Source: an uncultured Gemmatimonadales bacterium (GTDB lineage Bacteria > Gemmatimonadota > Gemmatimonadetes > Longimicrobiales > Gaopeijiaceae). Taken from it: DNA of 64,000 nucleotides. Shown here piece after piece: positions 59,622 to 64,000 of the stretch (positions within the stretch are counted from its first letter, which is position 1; each line of letters starts with the position of its first letter). Below the pieces are notes generated by a model. It saw nothing but the letters and a program-made list of their open reading frames with translations, made no database searches and had not been told where the DNA came from. The stretch is taken from the NCBI GenBank assembly GCA_963809895.1, contig CAWELD010000010.1, positions 512,001 to 576,000 on the forward strand. The letters are read 5' to 3'. Position numbers and translations under genes: made by a program.

Positions 59622-59641
59622 GGGCCCCCCGCGCGGGGCCC
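59622..59641. terminator. GC-rich hairpin between convergent genes
   Basis: gggcccc...ggggccc between the kinase and ligD stops; no U-tract. Confidence 0.35.
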
Positions 59642-59651
59642 GGTTCCTCCG

Positions 59652-62228
59652 TCAGCCCACCCGTTCCAGGAGGCGCTCGAGGACGGCCAGCAGTTCGGGC
59701 CTCAGCTCCAGAACGGGCAACAGGGGATCCTCACCCAGCGCTTCCATGCGACCCGGCGCATCCAGGAGCGTGAAGTCCCGGGGACCCAGCTCGGGCGTCA
59801 CCTCGTCCCAGGTGAGGGGCATGCTCACCGAGCCTTCGGGCACCGGCCGGGTGGAGAAGGGCGCCACCAGCAGCTTACCCCATCCGTTCTGCAGGTAGTC
59901 CACGTACACCTTGCCGTCACGCTGCTCGATGGAGCGGGCCACCGTGGCGATGTCGCCCCGCTCCTGCACGACCACCGTGGCCAGGAGCTGGGCGAGCTGG
60001 CGGGTCTGGTCGTGGGTGAGCTGGCCGCCTAGCGGCACCAGCAGGTGAAGCCCCGACGAGCCTGTGGTCTTCACGAACAGGGGCAGGTCGATCTCGTCAC
60101 AGATCCCGCGCAGCGCCAGCGCCACCTCCACCACGTGCTCGAAGGGCGCTTCCTTGGGATCCAGGTCCAGGATGCACCAGTCGGGACGGCCCAGATCGGT
60201 GACCCTGCTCGACCACAGATGCATGAGGAGCGCAGCCGAGTTGGCCACGTACAGGAGCCCCTCCACGCCGTTCAGGACGAAGTAGTCCAGGTCCCGCTCC
60301 GAGCCTTCGCTGTAGACCGTCTCGGTGCGGAGCCACTCCGGTGCCCAGTCCGGGGCGTTCTTCTGGAAGAACGAGTTGCCGTGGATGCCGTCGGGATACC
60401 GCGTCAGCACGAGGCAGCGGTCCTTCAGGTAGGGGAGCATCCAGGGGGCGATGGCCCGGTAGTAGTCGATGACCTGGCCCTTGGTGATCCCGGCCTCCGG
60501 ATAGAGCACCTTGTCCAGGTTGGTGAAGGCCACGGTGCGTTCCACCCCGCCGGTGACCGGGGCGGGCTCGGGCAGCAGCGCTTCGGCATCCTCGTCCTCG
60601 TGGCCCTCGGTGCGGGCCGGCGCCGCGCCGGCGTCCATCAGGCACTCCTGGGGCGGCTTGTCGTCGCGGAGACGCTGGAACGAAGGATGCCGCACCAGTC
60701 CGGCGCCGGTGAGCTCCTTGAAGCGCACTTCGGCCACGAGCTCGGGCTGGACCCAGTGATGGCCCCGGCCCCGGGGCATCTCGTCGCCCGTGCACGGTGC
60801 ATCGTCGCGCTCCAGAGGCTCCAGGCGCGCCAGGATGTCGTCGAGCTGCGCATCGCTGAAGCCCGTGCCCACGCTTCCCATGTAGCGGAGCTCGGCAGCG
60901 GCCTCGCCGGGCACGCCGGCCCACTGCGCCAGGTGCAGCGCGCCGAAGCCGCTGCGGGATCCCTTGGGATCGGTCCAGCCCACCACGACGAAGTCATCGG
61001 TCCGGACCGTGCGGATCTTGTACCAGTTGGTGGAGCGGCCGGCGGCGTAGCGGGCATCGGCCTTCTTGGCCACCACACCCTCGATGCGGAGCTTGGCGGC
61101 GTGCTGGAAGACCGCTTCGCCCTCGCGCTCGATATGCTCCGAATAGCGGACGGGGCCCACGGTCGGGAGCACCTCGCGCAGCAGGCGCTTGCGCTCCACC
61201 AGGGGGAGCGGGCGCAGGTCCAATCCCCCGAAAGACAGCAGGTCGAAGGCGTAGTAGGTGGCCGGAAGCTGGACGGCCGCTACGGCGATGTCGGTGCGGC
61301 GTTGCAGCCGCCCGCGCTTCTGGAGGAGCGAGAAGGAGGGCATCCCGGTGGCGTCGTGGACCACCACCTCTCCGTCCAGGATCATCCCCTCGTAGGGAAG
61401 CCCCCGCACTGCCCGGGCGATCTCGGGGAAGGTCTCGGTGAGGTCGTTGCCGTTGCGGGACCAGAGCGTGGCGCCGGCGCCGGTGCGCTCGGCGACGATG
61501 CGGTAGCCGTCGTACTTGATCTCGAAGAGCCAGCCGTCTCGGGTGAAGGCCTCCTCGCGGGGCGTGGCCAGCATGACCTTCACGTCCGTGCCCCGGACGG
61601 ATTTCTTCTTCGCGCCCGCCTCGGACGCCTGGGCCGCGATGCGGGACTCCTTGGCGCCGGGATCGGCGAGCTCGTCGACGGTGAGCCCCGACAGAATCGA
61701 GTCCGGCGGATAGACTTCGGTGCCGCCCTCGTCCACCAGGGCGTCGCGCTCCTTGATGAGCAGCCAGTGGTTGTCGCCGGCCCGGGGTGTGTGCACCAGC
61801 GTCCAGAGTCCCTTGAGCTTGTAGCCGCGCAGCTCGAAGAGGAGCTTGCCCTGGTCCAGTCCGTGCTTGTCGCCGGGAATCTCGATCCACACCCCTTTGT
61901 CCCAACAGATGGAGGGGCCGGCCCCGTACTGGCCCTCGGGGATGACGCCCTCGAACTCCGCGTATTCGAGGGGATGGGGCTCGACGTGCATGGCGAGCCG
62001 TTTGTCGGCGGGGTTCGGCGAGGGACCCTTGGGTACGGCCCAGGATTCCAGCGCGCCGTTCATCTCCAGGCGCAGGTCCCAGTGCAGGTTCCGTGCGTCG
62101 TGGAGCTGCACGACGAACAGGCGAGGCCCGGGAGGACCACCCTCCTCACGATCTCGCCCGAACGGCTCCGGGGTGGCGCCGGCAGCGCGCTTCTTCCGGT
62201 AGCGCTCCAGGCGGTCGGAGGAGGGCAC
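59652..62228 (-). CDS. ligD: DNA ligase D (phosphoesterase-ligase-polymerase)
   Basis: HDARNLHWDLRLE/SWAVPKGP; EIKYDGYR; EGVVAK; TNLDKVLYP; RYPDGI; KTTGSSGLH. Confidence 0.95.
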   Translation of the reverse strand: MPSSDRLERYRKKRAAGATPEPFGRDREEGGPPGPRLFVVQLHDARNLHWDLRLEMNGALESWAVPKGPSPNPADKRLAMHVEPHPLEYAEFEGVIPEGQYGAGPSICWDKGVWIEIPGDKHGLDQGKLLFELRGYKLKGLWTLVHTPRAGDNHWLLIKERDALVDEGGTEVYPPDSILSGLTVDELADPGAKESRIAAQASEAGAKKKSVRGTDVKVMLATPREEAFTRDGWLFEIKYDGYRIVAERTGAGATLWSRNGNDLTETFPEIARAVRGLPYEGMILDGEVVVHDATGMPSFSLLQKRGRLQRRTDIAVAAVQLPATYYAFDLLSFGGLDLRPLPLVERKRLLREVLPTVGPVRYSEHIEREGEAVFQHAAKLRIEGVVAKKADARYAAGRSTNWYKIRTVRTDDFVVVGWTDPKGSRSGFGALHLAQWAGVPGEAAAELRYMGSVGTGFSDAQLDDILARLEPLERDDAPCTGDEMPRGRGHHWVQPELVAEVRFKELTGAGLVRHPSFQRLRDDKPPQECLMDAGAAPARTEGHEDEDAEALLPEPAPVTGGVERTVAFTNLDKVLYPEAGITKGQVIDYYRAIAPWMLPYLKDRCLVLTRYPDGIHGNSFFQKNAPDWAPEWLRTETVYSEGSERDLDYFVLNGVEGLLYVANSAALLMHLWSSRVTDLGRPDWCILDLDPKEAPFEHVVEVALALRGICDEIDLPLFVKTTGSSGLHLLVPLGGQLTHDQTRQLAQLLATVVVQERGDIATVARSIEQRDGKVYVDYLQNGWGKLLVAPFSTRPVPEGSVSMPLTWDEVTPELGPRDFTLLDAPGRMEALGEDPLLPVLELRPELLAVLERLLERVG

Positions 62229-62244
62229 GGGGTGGCGCTCGGGG

Positions 62245-63600
62245 TCAGCCGCCGGGGGGCGCGGCCGGCGGCGGCGTCATGTGGCACTGCCTCGGATTCG
62301 CGCCGGCCAGCGCCACCGTGGCGCTGTCGCCCTTGAGCCAGAAGAGGTCGTCGCCCTGCTGGTAGCGCGCGCCGTCGGCGGCCTCCACCTGTGGCATGAG
62401 GCGGCGGCGCCCGTTCAGCGTCAGCCAGGCGCCGGGGGGCGGGCCCTCGACGAAGAGGGCGGAACCCGTGGCGCCGTCGTCACAGGAGACGTCGAAGGGT
62501 CCGCGGAGCCCGAGGTCCGCCAGCTCCGGGTGACCCGCGTGCCACTCGGGGATGGGACCGGACGCGAGCTGACGCACCATGGCCACCGCCGCGTCGATCA
62601 CCGCGGTCATGTGGTCGAAGTCCACCCGGTCGACCTCGTCGGAAGGACGGTGGTAGTCGGTGTGCAGGTTGAACGACGACAGCGTGTGAGCGGGGATTCC
62701 CAGGCGGGCGAAGGCGATGTTGTCGCTCCGCCGGAAGAAGTTCTGGTCCGGGCGCGGATCGGGAATGATGGGGGATCCCTCTTCGGCCAGGATGTCGCCC
62801 ATGGTGGAGAGGCTGTAGCCGGTGAGCCATCCCCGTCCGGGGCCGCCGGCGAGCGAGTCGGGGCGTCCGATCATCTCCACTTCGAGGTCGGCCACCATGT
62901 CGCCCAGCGGGCGGACCGGGTGTTCGATGTACCAGCGGGTGCCCAGGAGTCCCATCTCCTCACCCGTGGACAGCACCACCACCACCGTGCGTGCCGGCGG
63001 CTCGCCCCGGGCCAGTGCCCGGGCCATCTCCAGCACCGCCACCGAGCCCGAGGCGTCGTCGTCGGCGCCGTTGTAGATGGAGTCACCGTTCACGGGCCGG
63101 CCGATGCCCAGGTGGTCGTAGTGGGCGGCGATCTGCACGACCTGGGACTGGAGCTCCGGGTCGGCGCCGGGAATCACGCCCACCACGTTCCACGCCATGG
63201 TGCGGTTCTCCGGGGGCACGGTGTCCAGGTCGACCGATGCGTCGGCCACCCGCCAGCCCGTGCGGCCGCGGAAGGTGGCCTGCACAAGCGGCACGTGCTG
63301 GATGAAGGCGCTGTCGCCGGCGGGCGTGACGCCGTAGCGCTGGAGCTCGCCGGCCAGGAAGTGGGCGGCCCGGTGGGCGCCGGGCGTGGCGGTACGCCGG
63401 CCCTCCATGGAGTCGGCGGCCAGAACGTCGAGCAGGTGCTCGACCCGTTGGCGCCGGGGCACGGTGTCGTCGGGTAGCGGTGCCGCCGCCGCCGCGCCGG
63501 GGCCACCGGCCATGGTGGCGTCCGCGTTGCCCTCGCCGCTGCACGCGCCAGCCGCCACCAACAGTCCGAGGCAGGCCAGTCGTCGAATGTTGCCCGTCAT
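62245..63600 (-). CDS. M28 family peptidase lipoprotein with C-terminal MliC-like domain
   Basis: Lipobox AGAC; AHYDHLG, NGADDDASG, GEEMG, RSDN, YHRPSD; tail AADGARY...FWLKGDSA flanked by two Cys. Confidence 0.85.
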   Translation of the reverse strand: MTGNIRRLACLGLLVAAGACSGEGNADATMAGGPGAAAAAPLPDDTVPRRQRVEHLLDVLAADSMEGRRTATPGAHRAAHFLAGELQRYGVTPAGDSAFIQHVPLVQATFRGRTGWRVADASVDLDTVPPENRTMAWNVVGVIPGADPELQSQVVQIAAHYDHLGIGRPVNGDSIYNGADDDASGSVAVLEMARALARGEPPARTVVVVLSTGEEMGLLGTRWYIEHPVRPLGDMVADLEVEMIGRPDSLAGGPGRGWLTGYSLSTMGDILAEEGSPIIPDPRPDQNFFRRSDNIAFARLGIPAHTLSSFNLHTDYHRPSDEVDRVDFDHMTAVIDAAVAMVRQLASGPIPEWHAGHPELADLGLRGPFDVSCDDGATGSALFVEGPPPGAWLTLNGRRRLMPQVEAADGARYQQGDDLFWLKGDSATVALAGANPRQCHMTPPPAAPPGG

Positions 63601-63721
63601 GCGTCGCTCCCCCGCTTGCCGTCGTTTCACCGTCCCGTCCCCCCTCTACCTTCGAAGCGTGGAACTTCGGGTGCGTGGGTCGCCGACGCCAGACGGGGCG
63701 GTCCGCGGGCGTCGATAAGTG

Positions 63722-63879
63722 ACGTCTGGAGGCCCTGATTTCGACGATTGGCCGATTCGACTCGCTGAGCGAGTTGAAATCGACATGGCGCTGACTGGCG
63801 GAACGACGAGGGTACGAGTTCGACTCGCTGAGGGAGTTGAACCGACGATCCGTCAGTTCAACCCCCTCCAGTGGAACGT
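63722..63879. repeat. REP-like nested palindromic element
   Basis: Two 23-nt palindromes ttcgactcgctgag(c/g)gagttgaa (63756-63778, 63819-63841) inside the outer IR ctggagg...cctccag. Confidence 0.7.
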
Positions 63880-64000
63880 TGTCGTCGCGCCGGGGCGGGG
63901 CCGCGCGTTGCCTGAGTCGTCGCCGCGCAGGGGCGGGCGCGCTGTACTGGTCATCGCCGTGCCGGGGTGGGCGCGCTACCCGATCGTCGCCCCGCCGGGG

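Overview
High-GC bacterial DNA. The gene content (PadR/ADOP permease pairs, S9/S41/M28 peptidases, TonB receptor, GxGPGE[FY] propellers) suggests Gemmatimonadota or Acidobacteriota; this is inference only. About 15-64 kb is mostly core-type genes: GH63-like hydrolase with a MalK-type ATPase, UDG5, TonB receptor, S1/P1 nuclease, ECF sigma with YciI, a 2-oxoacid oxidoreductase operon with a fused gamma-GltD-ferredoxin subunit, a CarH/LitR-type B12 photoregulator, three PadR-ADOP pairs, tricorn protease, a hybrid kinase, LigD and an M28-MliC fusion. The first ~15 kb is a mosaic accessory region that is visibly more AT-rich at about 3.1-6.7 kb and 7.8-11.1 kb. It holds the best candidate for an undescribed system: two small secreted Cys-rich proteins with a shared framework (C-x2-C...C-x3-D-x3-G-x4-C...C-x6-C), each paired with 6-bladed beta-propeller genes, plus a membrane-anchored CxxC thioredoxin and an AraC-type regulator. 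These cassettes are punctuated by three copies of a 90-bp propeller-gene fragment, IS91/ISCR transposase remnants with a recognisable oriIS, and a duplicated vapC whose first copy lost its antitoxin. The window also has three intergenic elements of unrelated sequence but shared nested-palindrome architecture, including a 3-copy array of 178-bp units at 48.9-49.6 kb. All calls are from motif reading by eye; no searches were run.
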